DNA from: Selaginella moellendorffii
Taxonomy: Eukaryota > Plantae > Lycopodiophyta
DNA: 64,000 nt
Direction: 5' to 3'
Assembly (NCBI RefSeq): GCF_000143415.4
Contig: NW_003314275.1
Coordinates: 1,183,955-1,247,954 of the forward strand
A program made the position numbers and the translations under genes. Positions 47,835 through 59,970 of the stretch are shown piece by piece; positions within the stretch are counted from its first letter, which is position 1, and the number at the start of each line of letters is the position of its first letter. Below the pieces are notes generated by a model, which was given only the letters and a program-made list of their open reading frames with translations, made no database searches and was not told where the DNA came from.

Positions 47835-48445
47835 TTGATCTATGGATTAGATGCCTTCTGGTTTACTTTCTTATCCCATTTGATAACAAGGGAAGCTCTC
47901 ACCACTAGTATACAAGTTATAGTGGGTTCCCAATCAAGTGTGGTAGTAACATCTCCAAGTACCTTAGCCAAGGGAACTCTGTCAAGAAGCTCACTTTTTG
48001 CAAGGTCAAGGTGTAAACCCAACACAAACTCTCAGTATGGAACCTCCTTGGCAAGCAGAGGCAGTGATATCACCAGAGACAAGTTCCAGAAGAGACTGGG
48101 AATGGAGGTGGAGCTTCAGGGATCAGGGACAGAACTCAAGAGGAAGAATTGCTCTCTCCTTGTTGCCTGCTCAATAGGCACTATACACAATGAACTGCAC
48201 GAGCTTAACAATAATGGCAGCAAGGGTGGCAAGCTTGGGAAGACAACATGTAACTTTATATTCTATAGATGGTTGGATGAGTAGCAATGTTTGATCTCAT
48301 GATTGTGTGGGTCTGTTACTTGGTCATTGTTGCTGGGCCTAGTGCCACTTGGTGCTCCTTGCAGTGTGGAGTGGTGTTGTGTATTATTTCCTCACAAGGC
48401 TTGTTTTGGTGCCATTTTCTTACAGCTAGACACTTGTCTCATGTT
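47835..48445 (+). pseudogene. Decayed presenilin 3' fragment co-duplicated with lectin B2
   Basis: ttctggtttac, tctccaagtacct, cgagcttaacaa.atggcag, actttatattctatag, gatctcatga and agctagacact are collinear with 45760-46640, with deletions and frameshifts. Confidence 0.85.
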
Positions 48446-48516
48446 TGTATTTAATTTTTAATTTTAATTTATCTTATTATACTCATCTATATAACCGGGC
48501 AAAATATCAAAAATAT

Positions 48517-49557
48517 ATGAAAATGTTTCATTTGATATTCCAAGATTTAATAATTGAGTTGTTATTGCTAATCTTTGGAATACTAATAGTTAAAGAGGCA
48601 CTTAGTTTATCTCCTGCAGATTTACTTGTATACAAAAATTATGGGGACTTACACATGGCTAGAGAGACCTCCATGGCTGAGTTGCTAGTCTCCTTACGAA
48701 GAAATTTGTGGAATAGATTTCCATATTCAATCGATGGAGCTTTGGAAACCACTCCAGTTGGTTCATCTCATGCATACCAAATTTGGGTTAAAGATAGTGG
48801 TCCTTTCATAGTAAAGTTTTGGGTATTTGGCCCCATGAGTGACATGGGTTATGAATGTGGATATGATCCTAATAATCTACCTCTTATTTATAATTATATT
48901 ATTTCAAGTACCATAGAAGGGTTCATATACATGACTTGGAAAGAAATAGTGACAAATGGTGCTTCTTATTTTTCTGGTGTGATTGATAATTTGGGAGTTC
49001 AGTTTTCACTACGGGATTATGATGGCTATCGTCACAGACCATATGGATTAACCCATCAGAATAAATCATCTAACACATTTGGCATAATTACTTTAGAAAA
49101 TATACATGAGTATTTAAAAAATCAGACAGAGCTACAAGAGAAAACTTGTAATCCTTTCACAAGTATTCTCTCAAGTTCATACTATAGAGCACCAAATGAA
49201 TACCTGGCTGAAGGAAAATTTTTGCAGGCTCAAGATAAGCATATTTTCTTTATTGTTTTGACAGATTGCAAACTTGTATTGGTTATGAATGGACATGTAT
49301 ACATTATTTATGATCCTAAATTAGGAGTTTATTATACTTTTTGTGAGCTTCATATGCAACAAGATGGAAATTTAGTTTTATATAGTTCTACAATGTACCC
49401 TTATTGGAGCACTGCTACAAATTGTGAGCCAAGTAAAAGTTGTCAAGCTCCATCTTATTTAATTCTTCAAAATGATTGTAACTTAGTTTTATATAGACAT
49501 GGTGATCCACCATTATCAACATGGGATTCTAAGACAAATTGTAAATATTTTGAGTAG
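48517..49557 (+). CDS. Secreted chimeric bulb-type lectin (copy B2)
   Basis: Mature region nearly identical to B1; diverged signal peptide. Confidence 0.85.
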   Translation: MKMFHLIFQDLIIELLLLIFGILIVKEALSLSPADLLVYKNYGDLHMARETSMAELLVSLRRNLWNRFPYSIDGALETTPVGSSHAYQIWVKDSGPFIVKFWVFGPMSDMGYECGYDPNNLPLIYNYIISSTIEGFIYMTWKEIVTNGASYFSGVIDNLGVQFSLRDYDGYRHRPYGLTHQNKSSNTFGIITLENIHEYLKNQTELQEKTCNPFTSILSSSYYRAPNEYLAEGKFLQAQDKHIFFIVLTDCKLVLVMNGHVYIIYDPKLGVYYTFCELHMQQDGNLVLYSSTMYPYWSTATNCEPSKSCQAPSYLILQNDCNLVLYRHGDPPLSTWDSKTNCKYFE

Positions 49558-50763
49558 ATATTTATAAAATGAAGTATTTATAACTAGCATTAAGAAATTA
49601 TATACTATTTAAAATATAGATAATTATTCTTAAAGAAATTTTCTTCTAAGCTCTATGATATTGGTTTTTTTTTTTGCTACATTTTTAATTTGAAGTATAA
49701 AGCTCAAATAATTAATCTGATGATTTTTATTATTTTGGTTTTAAGTTTGTAATATATATAGGTTTAATGTATCTAGGCCTATATCCCAAACATTTACATT
49801 TGTGGAGGTGAGGGGCACTACAATTTGTCCCTAGAGAGCCAAGCTTTTTAATAGTGCTTTACTTAGTGTTTGGGTTTATGTTTTTAGTTCTTATTCCTTT
49901 GTTCTTTTTCATATTAGCTTTTTGCTAAATCTAGAATTCTCACAATTGTTATGCTTAGATTTTCTTTTCCTTTGATTTTTATTACCTCTCTTCTTCTACT
50001 ATGCACACTATCATCGATCAAAAAGTGTCACTTGAGGCTATTGATGCTACTCCATTGAATTGAGTTTTTGATGCTATTCCATTAAATCGAGCTTTTGATG
50101 CTATGAGGTGTGATTATATTTGTGTTATGCCCATCCTTGCGTCACTAACATAGTGTTTCTTGTTCTAATGTTTTGTTGTCTCCCATTGATGTGGAGTGTG
50201 TTCATGACATTATTTGAAGATGTATAAATGATGCAATTTAGTTTTTATAAAATGTTTAAAGATCAAGTTTATGGGAAGACAATGTGTACAAGCTTGAATG
50301 AATTTTAAATTGTGATGAGAAATTTGATTATTATGGAAATAACTTTTGAAATGAATTGAAGATTTTATGGGGTAGGTGTCAATTCTTCAATTTGCCATAT
50401 GATCCTTTCTTTTTGGCTTTTGTTTTTTTCCAAACCTTTTGTATTTCTTTGTTTAAGCTACATTTTCATGTATTTAGTGCTTTTTCCTCATCTAAAGTAT
50501 TTCTTTCTTTTGACACATCTATAATTTATTTTAATCCGACATTGAATTGAGTGTTTTCTATCCTCCTTATACGATGTTAAGTGTGAGGTTAAATATATTT
50601 TCTCAATTGTAACTGCTACTGAAAGTTTTTGTTTTATTATTATTGCTAAGGAGTTCTTTTGTTCCCTTGAAAATATAGAGTTTTTCTTTGATTTTCCCGT
50701 TTTAAATATTGGGTTTAATGTTAAAGAGATTGATGTAAGTTCCTGAATTTAGACTTCTAGAAG

Positions 50764-51110
50764 GTCACCTAGCCCAAAACTTAAAGACACTTAACTTTAA
50801 ATATCCCAAAACCCTTAACTGATTAAAAAAGGGGGTGTATTATTATTCATAGGCCTTTTCTCTCTATATTTGAACCCTATAGATCGTTTATCAAATTGTT
50901 TTCTTTGGTTACTTACAATCCACTATAAGCTTTTGAATTTAGATTTATTAGGAGTCACCTAACCCAGTACTATTTAAATTTCAAGGATGTTTAACCCTAA
51001 GTATCCTAAGACTTTTAACCGATAAAAAAACGGGGTGCAATTTTATTTATTAGCCCCTTTCTTTTATATTTGAACCTCATAAATCGTCTCTTAATTCGTT
51101 CTTTTTTGTT
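50764..51110. repeat. Two diverged direct repeats with ~190-bp period
   Basis: gtcaccta..taa..gat.aaaaaa.ggggtg..tatatttgaacc..atcgt at 50764-50910 and 50954-51110. Confidence 0.7.
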
Positions 51111-54100
51111 GTTTATAATTTAATATATGGAGTCTTTTGTTTATCTTATAAAGTGTTTTATCTTATATTCTCTAAGTTTTTAGCATATTTCCTTCTTTTT
51201 ATTTTTCCTATTTTTACTTTGACAATTGTTGAAAATTCCTACTCTAATGTTTCTTTATCCACTTTTTTTTCTTTTCACAATATTTTTTCCTCAACTTTTC
51301 TCAATTTCTCCTCTTTATCATAATGCTTTAAATGTTTTTTTGAAAGAGGGGGTAGAGGGGATAAATGGGAGATCAACCCCAATTATAGAGTTAGGATTAA
51401 AAGATATGATAGTTGAGTGAGGATAAACAATATAAATTGTGAAGTAAAGATGAGTATAGCAAATCTGAATGATTGATATAGTGAGGTTAAATGAATTCAA
51501 TAGTGAAGTGAGGTAGAACATTAATAAAAAAGTGAAAACAAACACAATAAGTCCAAACAAAACTAATATTTTAGAACTTTTTTTCCTTTGAGGAGGGGAT
51601 AAAAAAGATATGAAGGATGAATAGAATGAATTTGATCTCCCATATGTAGTGTTGGATGAGGATGAAGGCTATAAATTTGAGTTAATATATATTTTAAAGG
51701 TTGACCAAAGGGAAGATGCAGAAGTATTATTTGTTGATAGTCATGAGTCTAAGTTAATGGTAGTTTCAGAGGATGGCTTGTAGATGGACTTAGAGATAGG
51801 ATGTATCATTTATTGCAATGATGTTTAATGAATTGTAGTGGCTTTCGAAGTTTCTTATTTTAGTTCAAAGTTAGAGCTTCAAGGTTGGTTCAAACATTTT
51901 GTAATTACACATAGAGTCATAACAAGTTTAATGAGATTCTATAATCACATAATATTTATGTCATGGCTTTGGGTCTTGTTTTTGTCATAGTTGTCAACAA
52001 CTACATTAGTGGTTAAAGTGGGAGTTACAAGTTCTTGTAGCAGTTTATATTTGCTCAGCAAAAGCTCTATATATCCCACTTGACTTATTATCACCATCTT
52101 TTTATCTTCATAACTAATAAAAGAATGACATTTTATAGTCCTTCATAATATGGATAAAATATAAATACTCAAGTATGAATAGAATAGTTTGAAGGCCTCT
52201 TATATATTTATTATCAAAATATAAAATTACTTCTTCTAATTTCAACTAAACTATCACATAATATGGTTTCTACTTACTATCCGTACTATATATTTAGAAT
52301 TTGCCATAAACCCCCCCTTCCCGCCCCACCCCCCCCCCAATGGGACTAATACATGAGGTATGATAGTGAGGGTGTTTGGTAGACACAATAAACTATTACA
52401 TAATGATATTGAGGGATTAATGCTCAATATGCAAAGGTTTTTTTCAAAACAATGCAAGATAGGAGAAAAGAGAATTGAAAGCTAGGTTGAGTAAATGTAT
52501 AGAAATTCCTATTTTATGTTTATCTAGCTAAACCTTTAAATAAGAGAAATTGATAAAGGGAACCAATAGTACCGCCCTCTTGTAATCGTGGCAGTAAGGA
52601 AAGAAAATCTAAAAGAATTTGCCGACATATAACTTTCAAAACCCATAGACACATTTGCATCACTCTCCCCCCCTTAGAGAAGATTGATGTCTTTGTTAAT
52701 GCATACTTTAATCTAGATAACTGCTAAGGAAATAACTCTAAAAAAAATTTACAATGTTTATACTTTATAAGAAATGTATAAACTTAAATGAGTTAGGGGG
52801 CAACCTCTTTTTCTAACACAAATATGCTACCACTCAAACACCTTCCAATTGTCACTGACAAAGAAATAATTAATAGAGTCAGTCAACCCTACTACATTAG
52901 GTATCCCAACTTATAAAAGATGATATGCCCTTGCTTGCAAGTGATATAGAAAGAGAAGGTAAAGGCCTTAAACAAACTTATTACTAAGATTTAGATAGAT
53001 TATCTTGAGTTTGGGCCAGTATAGGGATATTAGCTTTAGCACTTTGTGTGCATAGTGAAATTTTTAGTTATGGGATATCTATTATCAACTAATCATATCA
53101 TCCACATTTCTTTTGATATTCGTTATTCCATTAAAAGGGATGTAACCATATCAACAACTCTAATTGCCTATTTATAAGTAATAGATGAACAATATCAAGG
53201 TCATAAACAAAGATATTTTAGAGATTAAATTATTAGTAAATAAATATTATATTATGACACAAAAGTATTCCAAGTAAATTGTCATATAATAAACCAAAAC
53301 TAGAGGATAGGAACCACCAAGACCACAAAAGTTTAAAGGCATAAAAGCCAATAAAATTTAATAGCTAATGTATCATCAAGAAAACTCAATGATAAAATTT
53401 AACTTTTAAATATTATAAATAGTATGCCAAATAGCTTACAAAAGATATCTTAAAGAACTCAAAGTATTATTGACTAACAAGCAAAATAATCATAAATATA
53501 TCACCTAAAAGAAATAACATCCAAATCCATCAAAATTAACCTTTAATAATAATCAACAAAATGAATACTACAAGACCAACAAATATTCTGTTATGTGAAT
53601 TATCTTATTAGTAAGTCTTAATAGATCCCGGTCAACAATACAAAGGAACTAGAGTTGTTTAAATAAGTGTTAGCAATATTCTACCGATATCTTAAATCTA
53701 AGAGATCAATTTAGAGCAAATCATAAAGAATATATAGTAATGCATAAAAGCTCTATTTCGTTAAAGTGGGATTTATTCAGTAAAATGGGACTAGGTATAA
53801 ATTTTCAAGTATTTGAAAATGACGTGAAATTATATGTTTTTTGTCCAGGGGCTAAACATATCTGGGGCATGGTGACTAGCACGGTGACTTTGTGTCCAGG
53901 CTGAGTCCATCTGGTTGTATAATAAATCTCATTGTCAAGGTGAACAAGCCGAATCTGAAGCTAAAGAAGAGCGATGGCATGCACGCACACATTATTTGTT
54001 TGTTCATTGAGCGTGTGGTGAGCTTTCCAAGATGAACGTCATTCCTATTAGCCAGACATATAACTTAATGGTGAGAACATTTAGATATTATTCAATGTTA

Positions 54101-54407
54101 TCTTTTTCTAACGAATCTAATTGTGAAGGTGTAGCAAGAGGCATTGCTAGTCTGGAGAAGTCATTTAACTCATTTGACCCTTAGTGTATTTTCATGAAAC
54201 TAAATAACATTCATATTATTAAGGAATTTCTCTAGTACCTTTTTTTTACGACATAGAGGCTTGCATTTCTTTCAAAGGTGATTTAGTAAAAGGCCTGAGG
54301 GCACATGCCATTCTATTTCTCAGACCGGTATTAAGATATACTAGTGCAAAGGGAAAAAGGTATTTGGTGATCAAGTAAATGGCATGAGGGCACATGCCAT
54401 TATAAGC

Positions 54408-54665
54408 CTAAGCGCTAGTGGACACCTCCTTTTTGGTACTCTCAGCGGTACTATCATCCTTCTCCGGGTCAGTTGTTTTGCTTTGGATTGTTGTCTCTGA
54501 CGTTACTGGGGCGTTCTCGATAGTTGTTAATGTTGCCATTTGTTCAGAAAAATGATCACTTGGAGTATAGTACGGGGAGTTTGGAAGACTTATATATTCT
54601 ACATCTTCACCTATCTCCTTCTCCGTCTCCTTTTCTGCCTCACTTACAGATTTTGTGCTTGCCAT
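54408..54665 (-). CDS. Small acidic Ser/Thr-rich ORF inside the transposon (85 aa, function unknown)
   Basis: MASTKSVSEAEKETEKEIGEDVEYISLPNSPYYTPS..; locally higher GC than its AT-rich flanks. Confidence 0.3.
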   Translation of the reverse strand: MASTKSVSEAEKETEKEIGEDVEYISLPNSPYYTPSDHFSEQMATLTTIENAPVTSETTIQSKTTDPEKDDSTAESTKKEVSTSA

Positions 54666-55378
54666 GAGAATGCTCTTCACCCTAAAATATGGAGTTTGTT
54701 GTGTTATAAAAGGAAACCAACACACACGCTACAAGGGAATGATGGTACATAAAGCACGTAAGCCCACAATATGGGTTTATGTGCCATTAATATGGGCCAC
54801 ACGCCATATTATTAGATTTATGCACGTGTGATTGGTAAATGCATATGTCACATCATCTTTGTTTTAACTCACACACTATATCAGGCCTAATGAACCATAT
54901 CACATGTGCGCACATGCTATATATATAGAGAAGTATTATGCAAGGATAGAAAAATTCAATGCATGATTGTGGAGAGCAATGGCATGAAGCCACATGCTAA
55001 ATAACATTTTAGAGAAAGAATTAAAATAAAAACATGCAAACAGTACTGAGTGGACCAAGACTTAGAAGTGCACAATTGAATGAGGTATTTCTAATAAATA
55101 TTTCACTCACCTCATATAGGAATGGCTACCACTCTCAAATGGCGTATCGCTTCATGCCATCACCTCGCAATTTGTTATAACAATCCGATGAATTCATATT
55201 CGGCTTGTTCACCTTGAACTTTAAGTAAGATTTGCTAGAACAACTAAGAATTTATACTTGTTATTTGTATCATCTCACCTAGGAATGGCGTAAGGCCACA
55301 TGCCATCACGCCTCCTCTGATTCAGATTCGGATTGTTCACCTTGAAATAAAATACATTAGAAACTTAGTAAAGGAATA

Positions 55379-58202
55379 TTAATGAATCTCACCTTGAACC
55401 CGGGTTATGAATGCTCTTGCTACATCTCTTGCATGGTCTGGCAAGGTGATGGTGGCACTCTGCTTCCGCATCCAACCATGCACAACATTATCCATCGATA
55501 TGCTCATGCTGGGATCCCTTAGATTCAGCACCCATCTCTTTTCTAGGCAATCCTTCGTATATTTGGAACTTGGCTTGAACCACTCCACAGTTACATTGAA
55601 GGAGTTAGTTTCCGCGTCCTCCTCTGCATCAGTGATGCAGCACCCCACCCATATCATTTGTTTTTTATTACTGGGTCTGACAAGCACGACCATTCCTTTG
55701 CAGACCTGTACTGGATTGAATGCTGAATCCGGCTTCTTGTTCCTCGGCCCACAATAGTGATCCTCAACATTGTTATCTGTCACTGCATTTCCAGAGGACA
55801 TTGTTCCGCTACTATCTGGTGCTCTGGGTTCTGGCCAAAAGGACTCTTCCAATTCTTCATATACAACCGGCCCATTCTGGATAGCAGATATAATCTTCTC
55901 CCAGTATTCGAGCAAAGGCTTGCACCTCTGAAAATAGGATTCTCCACCAAACACCAACCCCCTCTTCCAGAAGGCAATATGTTGTCTAATCCCGGCCACT
56001 ATACTTTCCTGGTCTTTGAGTCCATCCGGGTGCATCGGCCGTGGGGAACCCTAAGGAATCATAGGTTCCCCAGTTATGGGATCTCTCTTGAAGAGTTCAA
56101 TGCCGTCCACTGGCAACCACACTGTGTCCCATTCTCTCATCTTGTACCTCATCACTGGAGCACCGTCATGCATGTTGAAATGAAACTGAAGAGGCTTGGA
56201 GTGGCCAATCAGCGTTTCGGATCCGTCCCTGATGTAGCCTCTTACAAACCTTAAAGTCTGGAACCTCTGTCACAAGTGCAGCTTCAACAGTGCCTTTGAT
56301 GCAATTTTGGAATTCATCGTAGAGTTGTGGGAGGGTGAGGACATTGGATCGCCGGAGGGACTCTGCCAGGTGACTGAACATGGCATCGATGTCTTCATGA
56401 GTGTGCCCAACCATGAGAAAGCCAAGTGTAACCGTTTCAAATATGCCTTTGGCAACAAGCATTGCCAAGTACGCGAAGACGTACATGTTTTTGTTCTCAC
56501 TGCCAGCATTGTCTGTTTGGAGTAGAAGATGGGGTGGAAGGCCACATCGGCCGCAAGAACTTCCTTGAGATTCTGCTTTGTTTGGATGAGGCTGTGCATT
56601 CACCGGGCGACCAGCCTCGTCGGAATGGCATGAGGCCTCACGTGATAACCCTACAATCTGACGGCCAACATATTCACTAGGATGGCATGGGGCCCCATGC
56701 GATACTGCAAGCCTTTGCTCCTCCTCCAGCTGAACCCTGTATGGGGTTCGATCAACAAGGGCCTTATGCAAGGGTTGGCCGTTCAGCTCAGTCTGCACAC
56801 TTTGCAGAGACCTTAAGTGTTTTGCTAGGGACGCAATCATCATGTTTGCACCCCCGCCACCCCATAGAGGTACAAAGAAGTTCCCATAGTTCTGGGCACC
56901 ATGCCCATGAGCGATTATGCCAAACAGAGACACAGGCAGCTGCATGGATGAAGAGATTGCCTTGGGGGCAGGATTGAGTCGAGGTAAGCACGTCTTTTTT
57001 TGGTCCATTTTGTCATGGATGATGCAGAGGTAAGAGTCAGGTCTCCCCATGGAGAGAATCCTGTTATGATAATATGCAGTCCTGCAGCTTCTCTGCTCGA
57101 TGTTGTGGTTGAGCCGCCTTCTAACCAATGTCTCTCGCTCTTGAGCAATGCAAGAATTCTTCAACAAAGCCATTTTGATAGCAGTGCACTCGTCACACTT
57201 TGAAAAGCTGGAGTACTTTCCTATACTCACATCCCTGAACCTATTGCTCCACAATCTACTAAATCTAGATTGGCTCAGCTTCCTGTAGCCATTACTCTGG
57301 AGTTCCCGATTCACATCTTCCAATATGGCCCCCTTGGTATACATGGAAGGGAGAACTCGTTGGGTGTCTCGAGTTCCATCTTCCAAGAGGTGGGTTTTAT
57401 GTGGTTGCTGCTCGCTACATGTCTCGACAAACCTCTTGAAGATTGCCTCTCCATATACAACATGACCCCTGGTTTTGTGAGTACTGTCGTTCCCATGGAC
57501 TGCCTGTTGAACCCTTTGTTCCTCGAACTCAGTTTTGATTCTGTAGAATGTGGTTCGAGGGACTCCATAAATGATTCTCCATGCCTTCATGCAGACCAAA
57601 CCCCTCTGGAAGACCATGCCCCCCACCTGATGTTCTGAAGCATCAACAGATGACCGTAATGCCACATACACAAAATTGCGAGCTGCCTTCCAGGACAATG
57701 TCTTGTATCTTGCTCTCTCCTCTTCAATAGCATCCCAATCAGCATGTTGACAGCACCTCCTCTTGCAACAAGCAACTGTCGAGACCATTCGAACCTCCAT
57801 TGCCATTTTCTTCCTTTTCGGTTCGTTACTCAGATCCCTTTGGCTGCACTTTAGGAAGGTGTACTTTCTTTTCCCATGAAGAGATGTTCTGTCATCAGTT
57901 GTAGTGGTGTTTGATTGTGAATCCTTCACATTCTTAAACACTAAGTGCCTCAATTTCCACCGCACAATGCTTCCAATAGTCAGACTGTTTTCTTCTGTGT
58001 CAACAACCTCTAAAATTGCGACTCCAATATCATCCCAGCCCAATTCTTGATTAGCAACCGCATCTCTTGGATCGACAACTATGGCTAAGCCCTCAGCTAC
58101 CACCTCCCCCTCGGGGTTGTTTAGAAACACCTTTGCTTGAATCCATGTAGCATGGTTCTTAAGATCCACGGAGGGAACATGCGTCGCACTTGCGGAGGCC
58201 AT
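55379..58202 (-). pseudogene. Sola-like DDD transposase (~940 aa reconstructed) with one frameshift and one nonsense codon
   Basis: CCKRRCC, VCMKAWRIIYGV, FSKCDEC, IIHDKMDQ, LQTDNAGSENKN, FLMVGHTHEDIDAMFS. Frameshift at about 56248 resumes FVRGY..IGHSKPLQFHF..PVMRYK. TAG at 56051-56053 is in frame with ORF 55379-56035. Confidence 0.85.
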
Positions 58203-58414
58203 TCTAAAAGTGCAGAAAAGAAGTTAAGACCATACAAAAAATGATTGGAGAATGGCCTAAATCATAATATACCAAACAACCTCAATAGCATGAGGCCACA
58301 TGCCATTATTCAAACATGCTATTGACACCCATGTGAAATTTCGCATTCACAAAATTGGCATGAGCCCTCATGCCATTAGTGGTACCACTAATGGCATGAG
58401 GCCTCACGCTATCT

Positions 58415-59970
58415 TTGGCCCCTGCTAGCCTGTTGCTATATTCCTTTTGCCTTGCTGCAACTGTATATATTTTTGTGTGCGTGACTAGTCACCCATACGT
58501 GCATATGTGTGTGCTCATGCCATTCATTGCAGATCAAGGGCTGAGTGAAAGCAGCCAGTCACCACCTCCTAACTCAGATTCCTATGGCGGACTCCCCTTC
58601 CCCAATCTCAATGGAGAAGTACAATGGATGAGGGATGCTTTTCAAGTCAGGGCCACGTTTTTCTCATCTCGTCGTCTTCGAAGGGTGCAAGAACGTGCAG
58701 AAACCATGTTAAGACAGTCGGGTGAGGATACGATCCTAGGTCACACACTAAAACAGGCTATGGATGTCTTGTATTTTGAGATGGAGACTCGGCCAGATGA
58801 TTTTCCCAAGATGGTCCTGGAAGAACAAGCCATCCAGCCTGAGCAGCCTATGGAAGAAATGCAGGAGGGGGATGAGGAGTCAGAGAAAGATAATGAGCAG
58901 GAAGAGCAGAAGGACGAAGAGGAGGACAAAGAAGAGGAGGATGAAAAAGAGGAGAGTATTGACCCCACATTGCAGAGGAGAGTATTTCCGCCCTTCACGT
59001 TTCCTCGACCAAAACCCTCTCAACGACCATCGGGAGCACCATTCGCTAATATTGTAGATGGTAAAATTGACTTGTACCATTTTTTATGCTGACGCATTTC
59101 ATTTCAGAGTCACGGCGAAGGTACTATATCATTTTTGATCTGAACGGTGTCCTTTTCTCCCATGAGCGTGGCTCGTCCTCGAATGTCACTGCACCCTCCA
59201 AAGCCTGCGGTCGCAAGTTGGTCAAAAGAGACAGATTCACATTAATCACACGGGAGAAACTGCGGGATCTAATAATGACCATGCGACACTTAAAACAGAG
59301 GGCCGGGTTCAATTTGCAATTGGGAGTTTGGACATCCATGATGCGCCACAATGCATTAACGTTGCTACAGATGATGCACGATCAGACGCGAGTAATATTA
59401 CCATTTGACTTTCTCCTAACGCAGGAGGATTGCTTGACTATGGTCTATGTGAGGGGTAGCAAGCCCATTTTCGTCAAGCCAGAGGTTGTAGTGATGAACC
59501 GGACTGCTAGGTCAAGTGAAATCCTCATCATCGATGACTCGCCGATTAAAACTGTAGTGAACACGCACACATATGCAGTGCACCCCATCTCCTACAGTAT
59601 GGAAACTAGGGAGAAGAAACCGTATGTTCTGGGGGACCTTGCAAAACGGCTTGGAGCGATGGTGATAGAGAACTAGCCAGTCCAGGAGGTGGCTGCAGAA
59701 ATCAACCAAATGGCAGATGGAATGGTATATCAAAAGCCATTTGATCGGACAGACACCAGTCATCATTTATGGCATGTATATTGTCTAGCCAAGCACTATC
59801 CGCATCTCCATAATCTGCTCAACCGGATGGGTTCTTCGACCACTGAACATGAGTGTGGACGTATTAGAGAAGAGATGGCATTACTATTGGGTTTAAATCC
59901 TGATAGTGTGGAGAGTGATGAAATTCCAAGATTATTGTATAGGCGTTGGAGGCAAAAAATAACAGTCTGA
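58415..59970 (+). pseudogene. Transposon cargo gene: acidic N-terminal region + HAD-superfamily FCP1/SCP (NIF)-like phosphatase domain + C-terminal extension; one premature TAG
   Basis: YIIFDLNGVL (motif I), GVWTS (II), LTQEDC..KPIFVK (III), LIIDDSPIK (IV). Intron 59061-59107 joins the frames. TAG at 59674-59676 is in frame with 59689-59970. True start uncertain. Confidence 0.75.

Noticed and set aside
52311-52338. C-rich run (possible G-quadruplex on the minus strand)
   Set aside because: Isolated low-complexity tract with no associated feature.
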